DNA of 64,000 nt from Oculina patagonica (lineage: Eukaryota), in NCBI RefSeq assembly GCF_052425735.1, contig NC_135764.1, positions 10,664,001 through 10,728,000 on the forward strand. Reading direction: 5' to 3'. The notes under the pieces were generated by a model. It was not told where the DNA came from. It ran no database searches and saw only the letters and a list, made by a program, of their open reading frames with translations. Of the stretch, positions 1-12,600 are shown piece after piece; position 1 is the first letter of the stretch; the number at the start of each line of letters is the position of its first letter. Both the position numbers and the translations under genes were made by a program.

Positions 1-17
1 CTTGTATTTTATTGCAG

Positions 18-170
18 ATTTCCTGAAGGACAAATGTCCGCCATATTCGCCTAACAGGCAATGTCCCAGCTCAGTTCAAGATGAATGTACATGCGATTCT
101 GACTGTGATAAAGATGATGGCTACAAGTGCTGCTTTGATGGCTGCCGACGATTCTGCAGAAAGAAAGCTG
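18..170 (+). CDS. Gene A exon: WAP (four-disulfide core) domain, 9 Cys
   Basis: ttgcag| acceptor, G|gtaggc donor, phase 1-1; CPPYSPNRQCPSSVQDECTCDSDCDKDDGYKCCFDGCRRFC. Confidence 0.9.
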
Positions 171-3100
171 GTAGGCGAAGCTAAGTTGTAGTTATATCGA
201 ATCGTAGCTTTTTGTTACGACGCTTCAGCAGCATATCAGGCGAGTTTGGTTAAGCTGTGGTTCGTATTTTGACGAAACGACGAGAGCCAAGTGGTTTGCC
301 CACGAGGCAGGGGTTTAAAGGAGCTACGTCACAGACAACACATTTTCAAAAAATTGGCAAATGTTGTCAAATTTTTCATGCATAATCCGTCTTAATCTTT
401 GTCAGTCGAGACCGACCTTGTTTATTTTGGGTTCTTTATTTTTCTGTTGGTGTTTTCCACAAAAGAAAACTATTATTTTGAGGTTTCCTTCAATTTGAAA
501 GTAAAAAAGAAAAATGACTTGAAATACCATAACTTAGCTCCTATTAGGTATTAACTTTTTCAAATTCGACCAAACTTTCGGATGAATACTAAAGGAAATT
601 AGGACAATGCAAAAGGCTCCTGATTGGCTTATTGCGAATTTTGTTACGGTACTTTGCAAAAACAGCTGTAAGATGAATACCTGTAAAATCCTGTAAGATG
701 AATACCTGTAAAATCAAGTCCAACGTGGGAGACCACTACTATACTTTGCCGCCTTTTATTAGTCTTATTTTATTCTTCACCTTTCAGGTCAAATATGCAC
801 CACCAAAGTGGACATCATATATCTCATGGACTCATCAGGTAGCATTGGCGCCGTTGATTTTGAGAGACAGAAGGACTTCGTTAAAGATCTGGCGCGAATC
901 TTCAGTGTCGGACCAGGGGCCAGCCGTGCTGCTGTGGTCACCTATAATGACTATCCAACCGTTCGTAGCAACTTCGGCGACTTTGATAGCACGGATGAAT
1001 TTGCAGAAGCCGTTGAAAGCATCAACCAGACTCGAGGACGAACGAGGATTGATCGTGCTCTAGCTAAAACATCGGAGATGTTCGAATCAGCACGGAAAAA
1101 CGTCCCCAAAGTTTTAATCGCTTTGACAGATGGCTCTCAGACGCCTGACCCAGATGCTATTGCACTCGACGTAGCGAGCCAGAGTTTTCGCGACCAAAAC
1201 GTAAGGGTTTTTGCGTTGGGAGTCGGACACCAAATAAATGTCACCCAGTTGAGATCCATGGTGGAAAGCAATTCCGATGTATTTCTGGTGGATTCGTTTG
1301 TGGATCTTCTTCGCAAGTCGCAGACGATTGCTGAAAAAGCTTGTAGTGAGATTGGTGAGTAATTCATCTATTTTCTATCTATAAAATAAGCAGATACATG
1401 GACAGTTTGTTCAACGTTCAATCTGCAGTAAAATCGTATAAACCAGTTGAGCCCGTAGCGGACAATTCAACCAGTTGCAATCTATACAGTAGAATTCCGA
1501 TTTATCGAACTTCTAGGGGAAACGAAAATTGTTTCGAGAAATCGGGAGTGTCGATAAATCGGGGGAAAATTTAAAAAAAATTACTATCCAGGAAACGAAA
1601 ACTTGTTCGAGAAATCGGGGGTTCGGAAAACCGGGGGTGGGGAAAAAGGGGTTTTTAATTTTTTTTTTTAACTAAATTTTGAAACAATGATAAAAGCATT
1701 TTATTAAAACAAAAACGTAAGACAATGCCTTTAGTCGACGATTTTTCTTCCTGACACCTTTATACACAAATTTATAAACATTTTTTTCTGTTTCTCTTTG
1801 TTAGTGTCTTCATGTGTCCAAGGTGTCGACGTTGCCTTCTTAATGGACTCTTCCGAAAGCATCACGGACGAAGATTTTGAACGAGAAAAGACAGCTGTAA
1901 AGGAGATAGCTCGAAGATTCCTAAGAGCCTCGCCAGACAGTCGAGCTGGTGTCATTATGTACAGCGGCCGACCAGAGCTAAGCATTGACTTTAAAAGTCA
2001 AACTTCCTTGGACAACTTTCAGTCTGCGGTAGACGCCCTGACACACACACGCAGTATGACAAGAATAGATCTTGCCCTTCGTTATGCTGCGGAGTCTTTA
2101 TTTTTAAATCCACGCTCTTCTGTGAGTTCGATTGCTGTGGTTATGACTGACGGGCTGCAAACGCCGGGACCTAGTGTCGAGCCCCTTGGACAGGCTGTGT
2201 TACCTCTTCGTTCGAAGGGTGTGCGCGTGCTCGCAGTCGGCGTGGGACCGCGTGTGGACCGGAATGAACTAAAGGACTTGGTAACTAATCAGGATGATGT
2301 TTTTCAGATGAGCTCTTTTCAGGAATTGCTCGACAAGTCTAATCAGCTACTAGAAGCAGTCTGTCCTCGTAAGTAAACGGCAAAATAAGCGTTTAAAACA
2401 TAGATTGGTAACATAGTGGAGGGAGAAGAAACAGTGACCCGCGGAGCACCGCCAGGCAGAGAGACCCGCGAACCGGGCGGCCACACCAACGGGGGGACCG
2501 CGGAGGCGGACTCGCGTAAAAAACACCCCCACAAATTCAAGCAGTTGTATGAGGGAAAATTAATACCAGCATGATACAGAGAATTCCGATACTGACGAAG
2601 TGCTAGGAGACTGAAATATCTGTTGTCTGGCTTCATTATACCGGGGTCCTGTTCCAGTACACCATACTCAGCTCTTAGTCACTTTGGCTGGGCTGAGAAC
2701 AACGTTTTACTGGGGGACTCGTTAAAAAGGGGTCGTTAGGATCAGGGTTCATATCTATTGGTAAAATTAGACTAAGAGATGTCCAAACGTTCGAATCGTT
2801 GAAGCCAGTGACTTGTTGTTTGTCTCACACCAAAGGAATTTTGTATCAAAATTTTTTCATGACGGACTTCTATTTTATTCTCATTTTTAGCCTAGTTAGA
2901 TAGCAAAAGTCGTAATGCCGTTTTATAACAACACAACAGGAAGAAAAACGCCCCCCCCAGCGGGGATAAGAAAGAAAAATAAGCAAAGGAGTAGTATTCT
3001 ACTATTTTTTCACTTGACTCTGAAGATGACTTCCGCTCAGGTTGTCGAAACGTCAGTCACCAACAATAGTTCTTTTCAGAACTACTCTCATCCTGACGAT

Positions 3101-6100
3101 CATACTATACTGATACTCCTGCGTTCAAACCATGTTACTACGTATTCTTCTTGTTGGCGCAGCAATAAAACAAAAACAAGCAAATCATAAATTCGGAAAT
3201 TCAGTGCTGTAAATTGTTCTTTCTCTCTCCACCAGTGAATTACTTCCCAAGTCAATGTCAAATTTTGAATTTTAACTGAATAAGTGTCATTTTCTTTAAT
3301 ACTGATATTGTTACATATACGATTGCTTCCAAAGAACCATCACAATCTCCCATTATAATAACAACAACAGCAGCAGCACCAACGACAAAGACAAAGACAA
3401 CGACAGCGGCACCGATAACGACACCAGAAATAACAACGACGCTGCCTCCAACAACTCGTGCAATCACGACACCGATTACCACCGAACCCGACCCGCCGTG
3501 TGACGAACTGTTCGACATAGTCTTCGTGATGGACTCGTCACGTAGTATCAACGCGCCGCAATATGAACAGGAGAAAAACTTTGTCAAGAGACTCGCCACT
3601 ATATTTAATGTCGGAGCAGGAAGCCGAGCAGCAGTGATCATCTACAGTGATGAAACGCAGTTGAAGATAACGTTTGACCAGTACCGAAACTTGGATAATT
3701 TCTTGGCGGCAGTCGACGCTTTGCCGTACCTTCAGAGAAGAACCAGAATTGACAAGGCACTTGCCGTGGCCGCACGAGTATTACGGCAGGCCAGGTGAGA
3801 TTTCTTATGCATTTTCTTTAGTCTCGGTAATTAAAACAAACGTCTTCTTTTACACGCTAATGTAGATACATGATGACGTAGACTAAGAACAAGAGACATC
3901 AGTTAAGACTCCCCGATTGGTTGTTACTCGCACTCGAAAGCAACATAGCCGAGCAAAAGCCAATTGGGGAGCCTTTAAAAAATTGTACACAATAATTTTA
4001 ATCAGTCTAAGGTGGTACGACCCGATATTTATATTTATGTAGAAGCACCTTCCAACTTTAATCGGAGTAAATATCACGTGACAATGATGTCACACTTGTT
4101 TTAGCTCTGAATCAAATTTTAGCCCCGCCGTATCCGCATTTTCTCTTGAGATGCTCTGCGCTACTTATACCCCGGGTGTTTGCCTTCTGTTGAGCAAAGT
4201 TTTATAAAGAGGAATTTCTACAGGAAGGGTATAATTTGTCGATAAACTAAAGATTTGACTTCGTGGATTCCTGTATTTGTGGTCTTTGTTACAAAATGGG
4301 AATGAAGTTTTTCTGATCATCCAAATCCAGGGCATATTTTTAACTTGCGAATAACGTTTATTTATATAATTCTTCGCAGGCCAGGCTTCCCGAAAGCAGT
4401 GATCGTTATGACTGATGGACGTCAAACACGTGATCCAGATGCAGTTGAACTCGATATCGCCGCTGACCCTATTCACCGACAAGGAGCGCGTGTACTAGTG
4501 GTTGGAATAGGGCCTGAAATTTCACAGAATGAGCTTCGTATGATTGCAAAGGATCCTTCATATGTTTTCAATGTCCAGTCATTTGAGAACTTGAGAAAAG
4601 CTACTCGGGATGTGGCTGCTTCTGCATGCATCAACCCAGGTAAGCTATAAGATATTGCCAGTTTAGTGTTTGCAAAATATATTCTTTGATCCTGCTTCTG
4701 GTTAAATCTCAAAATTGTGCAAACTCGCTAGAATACCTCCCGGCTTCCCATGGCCCAAAACCTCTCCTTCCAAGCCCCTTACAAGACATATACAACTAGT
4801 CTATCTAGACCTGCATTTTGTTAACTGTCGTTACCACTAGTTATTACATTTAATGTTGCTGTCGCTGATGTCGCTGCTCCTCTTCCTGCTGCCGTTGCTA
4901 TTATTGCTTTTATTGCTATTGTTGCTGGGGTTTCTGTTGTTGCAGTTGGTTTTTGTCGTCGTAAATATTGTTGTTGTTGTTTTTGTTTTTGTTATTGTTG
5001 TTGGACAACTTCATCGTCATTTCGAGATATTCTCACTCTTCAGTAACTATATTTATTATTTTCTTTTACTTTACTCCACAGCTGTAACAACAACCACGGC
5101 ACCAGTTGTTAAACCAGGGATTTGCCCAATCTTCCCACTAAACATAAGATGCGCCGTAACAATCAGCTCCTGCATTTCTGACAGCGATTGTTCTGGAAAT
5201 TTAAAATGTTGCTATGACAACTGCCGCTTTATTTGTACCCGACCAGACGATGACGGTAATAAAAATTGAACCCATTTTATTGAAACAATATAGTTTTACT
5301 ACACAAAAGTGAAAACCGCTTTAGTGGCCGGCATAAGGGATCTCCTGTGGGACAATGCTTAGCATGTATCCCAGGAAGTAGAAACGCAATTCACGGTTTA
5401 GGCTGACGAAGTAACCTGTTTTACTCAATGCGTCATTTCATAGACTATAAATCAGTGATTTGTTATTGACAGGCAATTTTGCAGTTAGGTATATTACATT
5501 GTAATGGGACTGTTTATCTTAACTGGCCATTCCCCAGCAGAGGAGAATGAATAACTCGGCTAACGGAGCTAAAGATCAATACTCAAAATACAGTCAATCA
5601 CTTAATGTTTAGGTTTTTCTCTACAGGAATAGCAACGACGACTGCTCCCTTGGGTTACTGCCCAGTGATAACGGATCCACCTGGTGGCTCCTGTTCTTCT
5701 TTTACCAGTACCTGCTTGTCTGATGAACAGTGTTCCTCCGGCTCCCGGTGCTGTTACGACGGCTGTAGATTTACATGTATACTGACCTTGGGCGGAATTA
5801 CCGGTTAGTGCATAGTGATGATGATGATGATGATGATGATGAATCACGATTATGATGAATCATGATTATGATCATGATGTCGTTGTTGTTGTTGTCATTT
5901 TTGCTTTTGACCAACTGTAAACTCTTTGGTACTCAATCAGGTATCTACCGGAGGAGATTGCGCTTGTAATTGCCCAATCAGGGACAGCTCGAACCCTGAG
6001 AGCGTTGTTGTTCAGCTTGACGTTGTTGCTATCAATACACGGCATATCACTAAGTAAATTCACAGTTGTGGATTCTTTCTGGGGGAAGAGGGCCCCACGG

Positions 6101-8174
6101 CTAGGCCCAATCCATTCCCATTGTTAATCTGGTTAAGAACGGCAACGTCGTTTCCAGATCAAACAATTGCGCACGAATTTTGCAACCATTTTTCAATTCT
6201 ATTTTTAAACCAGGGAGTAGGCACAAGACAGGAATAGGGACAGATGAAGAAAGGAAATAGCCACATTTTAAAACCACACCCTGTTTTATGTCTACAGGAC
6301 CCACAACTCCACTTATACCAACCACCACTGCTGCTCCAACATGCGCACAAGCATTTGACCTGGGAATCGCCATGGACTCATCTGGCTCCATACGAGATGC
6401 TAACTACCAAAGAGAGAGGAACTTCGTTAAGGGATTAGCCGACAGAGTGGTCGTCGGTCCTCAAAACGTGCAACTTGGCCTTATCGTTTTCAGTGACGTA
6501 CCCATCCTTTCCATCAGATTTGGCACGCTTAAAAGCACCGACCGTTCCTCCTTTGCTACTGCTGTAGACGGTGTACCCTACCTTCGTGGTCGCACTCGCA
6601 TAGACAGCGCGCTTGAGACCGCTGCCAACAACTTATTTCCTGAAGGACGTCAAAGCCTTGCACCTCAGGTCTTGTTGTTGATAACTGACGGCCGTCAATC
6701 AAACGATCCTGGGTCTGTGGAGTTGGTTGATGCTGTGCAACCGTTGCGTGATCAGGGTATTAAGGTAGTTGTGTGTTTGATTATACCTTTGCTTCTCACT
6801 ATTAATCTTTGAAAACCGAACGACACAGAAGAGTGTGATCTGTCTTGACAATTGTGAGTTGAATAAATGTTGGATGAAACTTTATGTTATCAATATCGTT
6901 AGAACGGTTTTCACTTAAGTGTCGAAAGTAATTCGTGTTTGCTTTGGTTTTGCATCACTGTGCTTAGTGATTGGTTAAAAAATTCGCGCCACATTCTTAA
7001 CCAATCAGATGTGAAACCAAAACCAATTGTGGCTTGCTCACACACGTTTTTCCGCGTTTTGCGTCATCTAACTGTATCAATAGGTTATCTGTGTATTTGT
7101 GATTGGCCAGAATGATTACTTTCGTGTTGATTTTACGACAGTCAATTGAAATCTTCTCTATAGTAGTTTTATTATACATAGTGGAACTCCGCCTAAGATA
7201 GAGTAAGGTTAAGGTCTGCCAAGTGCCCTATCAGGCCGGCTTTTATTTCCCGTTTTCGTAACGTGTAAAAGCTAGGAGTATCTCTTTCAATCAATTCAGG
7301 GAACCTAGTGCATAGCAGAGTAACACCCAGTATTTAATTCACCGGTGCCAATTTATACACCTGGGTGGAGAGAGACACTATCGGAGTAAAGTGTCTTGCA
7401 CAAGAACACAACACAATAAGCCCGGCCAGGGCTCGAACACTGACTGCTCGATTCGGGGCCCAGCGTTCTATTAAACCACCGCCTTACCGTCTTACCGCCT
7501 ATCATGGTCAGATAGATCGATCCCGGTGGAACACTCCTGTCTTAATCACTACCCACCGCTCAACCAGTAATTGTAACCTGAAGCAGTAACTATATGGATA
7601 TCGCGCAGAAATGTAACGAATTGCGCAAAACAAACGTCTCCATGCTGTCAACTCAATAAAAATCATTTTTCAGGTCATCGTTGTTGGTATTGGAAATGAT
7701 GTCGATGAAGACGAGTTGAAGTCCATAGTACAGAACCCGGAAGATGACCTCTTCCTTGTTGCGTCATTCCTGGAATTAAGACCGTTACTGGATAACAAGA
7801 GGCTTAGTGATGCGCTATGTTTAACAACACGTAAGTAGAAGGAGCTAATCACAGCTAGCTTATTATAGCTGAACACTTAAGCCTGTCTTTTTTGCACATA
7901 GTCTTTAATTTGAAGATGACAAAAGTAAATTAACCGCCTTAGCGAATTGGGAAAACCTGACGTTTTTGAGCGTTACCCCTTCGTCCGGAAGCAGTATTTT
8001 GCTCCGACGAAGGGATAAGCTCGAAAACCAACTTTTCCAAATTCGCTGCCGCGTAATGTCGTTTCTTTATTCCTTTCATTCTATTACAAGAAAAAGAAAC
8101 AAAAGAACCATGTCACTCAAATTTTCTGTTCATTTTTTCTTGCAGAAGGGCGCCTCCGGAGAAATCGGTCGTGA
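18..8174 (+). CDS. Gene A (spliced, 5'-partial): secreted-type WAP + VWA domain protein; WAP-VWA-VWA-TP linker-VWA-WAP-WAP-VWA-basic tail, 10 exons seen
   Basis: Exons 18-170, 788-1354, 1805-2368, 3335-3794, 4380-4639, 5082-5255, 5627-5803, 6298-6764, 7674-7830 and 8146-8174 are joined by GT-AG introns with matching phases. All four VWA domains have DxSxS...T...TDG and a flanking Cys pair. Confidence 0.85.
788..1354 (+). CDS. Gene A exon: VWA domain A1 (intact MIDAS)
   Basis: tttcag| ... G|gtgagt; DIIYLMDSSGS, GRTRID, LTDG; Cys at both ends. Confidence 0.93.
1805..2368 (+). CDS. Gene A exon: VWA domain A2 (intact MIDAS)
   Basis: tgttag| ... C|gtaagt; DSSES, SMTRID, MTDG. Confidence 0.93.
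3015..3059 (+). ncRNA. Minimal type I hammerhead ribozyme motif (Penelope-like repeat remnant)
   Basis: Stem I tgact/agtca, CTGAAGA core, stem II gac/gtc, GAAA, loopless stem III CG, GTC cleavage triplet. Confidence 0.72.
3335..3794 (+). CDS. Gene A exon: Thr/Pro-rich mucin-like linker + N-half of VWA A3
   Basis: Open frame EPSQSPIIITTTAAAPTTKTKTTTAAPITT...PPCDELFDIVFVMDSSRS; phase-2 donor AG|gtgaga; the acceptor (ccaaag) is less certain. Confidence 0.82.
4380..4639 (+). CDS. Gene A exon: C-half of VWA A3
   Basis: tcgcag|G phase-2 acceptor; PGFPKAVIVMTDG...ASACINP; G|gtaagc. Confidence 0.9.
5082..5255 (+). CDS. Gene A exon: WAP domain (8 Cys)
   Basis: ccacag| ... G|gtaata; KPGICP...C...CISDSDCSGNLKCCYDNCRFIC. 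Confidence 0.9.
5627..5803 (+). CDS. Gene A exon: WAP domain (8 Cys)
   Basis: ctacag| ... G|gttagt; GYCP...C...CLSDEQCSSGSRCCYDGCRFTC. Confidence 0.9.
5816..5893. repeat. (GAT)n/(GTT)n microsatellite
   Basis: Direct reading. Confidence 0.9.
6298..6764 (+). CDS. Gene A exon: T/P linker + most of VWA A4
   Basis: ctacag| ... AAG|gtagtt (phase 0); DSSGS, GRTRID, ITDG. Confidence 0.9.
6900..7160. mobile_element. MITE family member; related copies at ~38357-38620 and 46786-47039
   Basis: tagaacggttttcacttaagtgtcgaaa / tttacgacagtcaattgaaatcttctcta; shared internal sequence among the three copies. Confidence 0.6.
7674..7830 (+). CDS. Gene A exon: C-terminal part of VWA A4 (not in ORF track)
   Basis: tttcag|GTC phase 0; VIVVGIGNDVDEDELKSIVQNPEDDLFLVASFLEL...ALCLTT; C|gtaagt. 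Confidence 0.9.
8146..8174 (+). CDS. Gene A putative terminal coding exon (QGRLRRNRS*)
   Basis: Strong acceptor cattttttcttgcag|; phase 1 gives TGA at 8172-8174, followed by AT-rich UTR-like sequence. Confidence 0.6.
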
Positions 8175-8717
8175 GAGAAGAAGGAATAATGCTGATATAT
8201 ATGATGTAGTTTAAAATATAGGTAACATAACATACAAACGTTCTTTTTTTATCTAAATACGAATTTATCTTACAAGGGAACAATGTTTTTTGTTCCGCGA
8301 AGAACGCTTTTAGAATTTTTTCGCTTTTAACTTATGTATTTTATCTTATACAACAATAATCCATTTTTGAAACTAGCAAAGGACAAGGGAAGTATCAAAA
8401 CTTCATTAAAAATAGATGAGCTACAGACATTGGTTAGGCGCATAAAGGGCATGTCACAGTTAGAAGGTTTAGAAGGCGACATGTAGATAAAATGTGATCA
8501 AACAATACATGTCTCCCCTAACCATTCTGTAGAGATTGTTTTTTGTTTGCTTGTTTATCTGCTTGTTTACCTGAAGCAGCTCCATTGTAAGTCATTTAGT
8601 CCTGCTTAGTCAAGTATAGAACTGAAAGCTGTTCTTTCAACATCCGTTGAGGAATTTGTTTTACTTAAAGTTCAAATTCATCTGAAGCAACTAGAGCGAC
8701 ATTCTAAAATATCTGGA

Positions 8718-8723
8718 AATAAA
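8718..8723 (+). terminator. Candidate polyadenylation signal of gene A
   Basis: AATAAA followed about 20-45 nt later by a GT/T-rich tract (tttgtgtc...ttttgttgtg). Confidence 0.4.
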
Positions 8724-8800
8724 GCTCTATCATATTAAAAAAAACTTTGTGTCGATATCGTTTTGTTGTGATTCACCCCGTGCTTGTACTCGGCAAAACC

Positions 8801-9025
8801 TAGCCTGCAGTGCAGGCGTTTTCCGTGGGCGTGCGTTGTACTAGTCTGCGATCGAGTAGATTCGCCGGCATGTTGGATGAGGGTAGAGAGAGGTCTTTTC
8901 AGCCTAACTTCTTCTACCCTAGGACACGTTTCTCCTATCCCCAATCCTCTCCCGAGTGAAAATCCAAGATGGCGCCCGATCAAAATGCGTTCGAATATGC
9001 TCACTAAATACGCGCTTGCAGGCTA
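8801..9025. mobile_element. MITE with TAG...CTA termini and 9-bp TSD
   Basis: TIR tagcctgca/tgcaggcta; ggcaaaacc duplicated at 8792-8800 and 9026-9034. Confidence 0.8.
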
Positions 9026-9203
9026 GGCAAAACCGCAAAGGACTGTTCGGCGACTCACCCTAAACCACCCCCCCCCCCCCACCCTCCCCCCGCCCTCCTC
9101 ACACTCTTCCGACTCCACAACCAAACTTTGATTGATGCAAGTACTCTTTGTGTTTACTCGCCAGGACCTATTAAACCACTCCCTTATTTACTTTTATATT
9201 TAA

Positions 9204-9660
9204 AGATGAATTCCAGTCCGTACTGCGCAATCTCGGCTGCAATGTTTATGTGAGCCCACACGAAGGGAATGTTTACAAGCAAAACCAAAAATTCCACGAC
9301 AAACTTTTTTACCATTTTACTTCATGTCGAAGACAGCAGAGCGAGCGCCGCAAAAAGAAGAAGCAAAAAAGCACAAGCCACAAAACCTAACACTTATTAA
9401 CGCCAGATATCGCTTGCAGAACAATTCATAAGCTAACGAGTAGAAAAATCTTGAGACTTTGCTACTTTCAAACCGACTTTTCAGCTCATCGGAAATTCTT
9501 TGACCGAAAGCACCGGGGGGAGCGACGCGGGTAAAACGAATCTGTAATGGCGGACTAAAAAACGTCATGTATGCTGTCACCGAAGTGTAACGTTTCAACG
9601 AATTCAAAACAAAAACGTAAACAAACCCCGAGTCTGCGCAGTACGGACTGGAAATCAGCT
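9204..9660. mobile_element. TTAA-flanked MITE (Kolobok/piggyBac-like), copy 1
   Basis: TIR agatgaattccagtccgtactgcgca / tgcgcagtacggactggaaatcagct; TTAA on both sides. Confidence 0.85.
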
Positions 9661-12600
9661 TTAACAAATACGCTGCTTCTATAAATTTCGCATTGTGAAA
9701 AATACATTCCTTTGATTAAAATATTTGTGATTTTGAAGCGTTTGACTCAGAGCGAGTATTGGATATATATCCACGTTGCAAAACAGAAACTTTTAACATG
9801 CAGAATTATTATTGAAGGACAATAATCAAAATTATTCATTCAATGTTTAAGATAGCCGTGGATCAAGCAAACCTCCGATATTGATGTTACTCGTGTGATT
9901 ATTATTCTAGCCTGCACAGCAGTCGTTTCCTTGGCAAGCGCGTGGAACGAACGAATCGTGCGAGCGAGCGAGCGAGCGAGCGAAAAAACGTGGAGAAGCT
10001 AGCGAGCGAACCAACCAACCAACAAGCGCGCCTGGGAAGGGGAAAAAAGGGGGAGAAGGGGTATCCAAACCTTTACTCTTGCTACGCTTTTTAACCCCGA
10101 ACGCAATTATAACTTAGCCGCCCATTTTAAAGCTTTATTGATTCCCATTGCTTGTGAGGACCTTCTCGTGTCGCGTTCCCCTCGAGCTGTCTCACTCATC
10201 GCATGGTACTACACGTCCCCCTCGAGTTGCGTCTCGTTTCTCTTGTGTAAGAATGCTTTGAATAGTGATCTCTTCTTGACTCTACACCCTCAATTGGTAA
10301 AAGTTTAATTCCCGGGTATCACGGCTTTAACATGGACAAAAGTAACGAAAAAAGTTCAACTGCTTGAGAGTGAGCTTTTTATGGCAAATGCTTGCAGTTT
10401 CTCACAACACGCGTCTTTAACGTGGGCGCGAAACACGCGTGTCGATAGAAACTGCGAGGATTTGCGAAACGCGTGTCAAACGTGGGCGTGGTCAGCCGAT
10501 GACTCGTGTGTTGCTAGAGTGTCTATCTTAGTACTTGAAGTAAGAAACTTCTGCTTCTGTTCATTAATTACAAACAAAGAGACCCTTGAACCTTTGGCCT
10601 TTCTGCCAGATGGCTCGTGTCTCGCGCCTGGCGGTCTACCGCAGAAGTTAAGCTAAATAGTTTGTTGTGCGGGTATGTTAGGTTCACGTTTTCTCGAAAA
10701 TTCAGCTATTGATTTTGTGTGTTGTCGCCTTACTTTCTTCCTCGGAAACGCAGTGTGACCACCGGATGTTGTGAGTCAGCAAAAGGGCTTCGAACGGGAA
10801 TAAGGATCTTTTTAAGGATTTGCCTTTAAAAGCTGCTTTTTATTGACGCCCTTTACGGATTAAACCATTAACCAAGTTGCCGCACATAAGGCCCCTTTAA
10901 ACTGATTCACGTAAACACGTGTATCAAGTTGTTCTAAAGAAGAAAACGCTAATCGCTGTCCAGCTGGGACTTGAGCTGTTAAAAAAGGATGTTTTCATTA
11001 CCATCCCAAATCCACTTAAAATTAACTTGTTTTATCGGAAATATTTTGGCAAAACTTCAAATGGGACTTGGGACTAATTTAATTCTAATTAAGCTTAGCT
11101 TTTAAAATCTGATTTACGTAAAACGATTTCTCACATTTGAGTCACGTAGGAACATGGCACGGAGACATTAATTGCTGTATTGTTATAGTCTGACTCGGTA
11201 AACAAGGTACCCAATAAAGTTTTACACGGGGAGGCTCCGCCCCGAGATCCAAAGCCTTAGCCTCAGTTTTTGTAATTGAATGTACCTTTTTTGTTAGAAA
11301 AGGTAACCCATCCATATACCATCCATATAAAATGGTACCCCTTTCACATACCTAAGGTAGAGAAACTGCACCCCTTTTTCAAACCTTTTACCTGACTTTC
11401 TCCTTAAAATACTCCGAGATGACCCTGCGCTCGCGCACCGCACGCGCTTTAATACAACACTGGGGGACAAGTTTGTGTAAGGGAGTACCCCCTCTTCCCC
11501 CGCCCAACCTACCAGGAGCCAACACTACACTCAACAGCCAGGATTGTTCTAGCACAATCCTACGCCGATCTATACTTTTTACCCTAAAAGAAACCTCCAT
11601 TCAACCGTTAGCTTAGTCTCCCTAGCTACCGCTGTTTGGCCCCTACGATCACCTCTCTAGATCTGGAAGGCTATTTTTCGCCGTCGGGTTTTTTTCTAGT
11701 GGATTTGCTTATTTTCTGTTTGCTTTTTTAAAATGTTTTGGGTTTGGATATCTTGTTTGTTTTCGTCTCACTTCCAATTTTTTGCTATAAAATCTCGGTT
11801 ATCTGTTATTCTTTTTTTTTCTAAATTCAAAGTGCAAAAATAACTTCACAGTAGAACCGGAAGTGGGTAATGAGCAGAATGAAAAGGTCGCCCAAGAAAT
11901 TGCAAAAAAGTTATGCTCTCAGTGGAAGGCGAAGTTTTTTTTTTCATTATTAAAAATTGCCTTGGACCTTAAGACATTTTTATGTCCTTTACATCGTTCT
12001 TTTTTCGATCTAAAGCAAGAAAGAGGTCGGTCATACTAGTACATTCCGTCGTAATAGGAAAATAAGCGGAAATCGTGGTTACGTTCCCTTTCAGAAAGCT
12101 CGCGAATTTACTATCATAATTATAATGATGATTACAAGGAAACTATCCTTTCATCACTGCGATCTTTAAAGTCAAAAGGAAATACTGTAGTTTATTTTTG
12201 TTCAAACAAGACAAATATCACATTACACCCGCCCATACAGTGGTAGTATGAGGTGCGAATATACATTTCCCTTTTAGGAATTTTTTCATGACAAGAGAAT
12301 ATCAATAAATTATGTTCTCTTGCTCATGGTTACTGTTTGTCAATTTGTACCTACATAATAAATTTTGATTGTAAAAAAACGCTCTGAGAACCGCAGTTTT
12401 AAAGACCCTATTTTAAGAGATAGAGCAATTTTTATTCAGCCACACCGCTTTTGTCCAAACCCCCAAAATTACGATCCGTTACAGACGAGATATGATCTTG
12501 CGTTAGGTTAAAAGGTGAAATAACATTATTGCTTATCGCGTGTAGCACTCCAGGTGGGTCGGGAGTTTCCAATCCTCTTTTTATTTGATTCCACTGCACA

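Noticed and set aside
1555-1690. G-run/homopolymer-rich stretches (also ~2420-2530 and the gap flanks 51000-51330) as G-quadruplex or regulatory elements
   Set aside because: They look like low-quality read ends corrupting repeat sequence, so they are not trusted as real sequence.
2586-2627. Possible hammerhead ctgacga-agt...act-gaaa-tatc
   Set aside because: Stem I depends on wobble pairs and stem II is only 3 bp; too weak to call.
4853-5081. Leu/Val-rich N-terminus of ORF 4853 (and of ORF 30470) resembling a signal peptide or TM segment
   Set aside because: It is a translation of intronic (GTT/GCT)n low-complexity DNA upstream of clear splice acceptors.
9960-9982. (GAGC)n run resembling a parvoviral Rep-binding element
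   Set aside because: A simple tetranucleotide run inside a tagcctgc-type MITE remnant, with no ITR structure or Rep ORF nearby.
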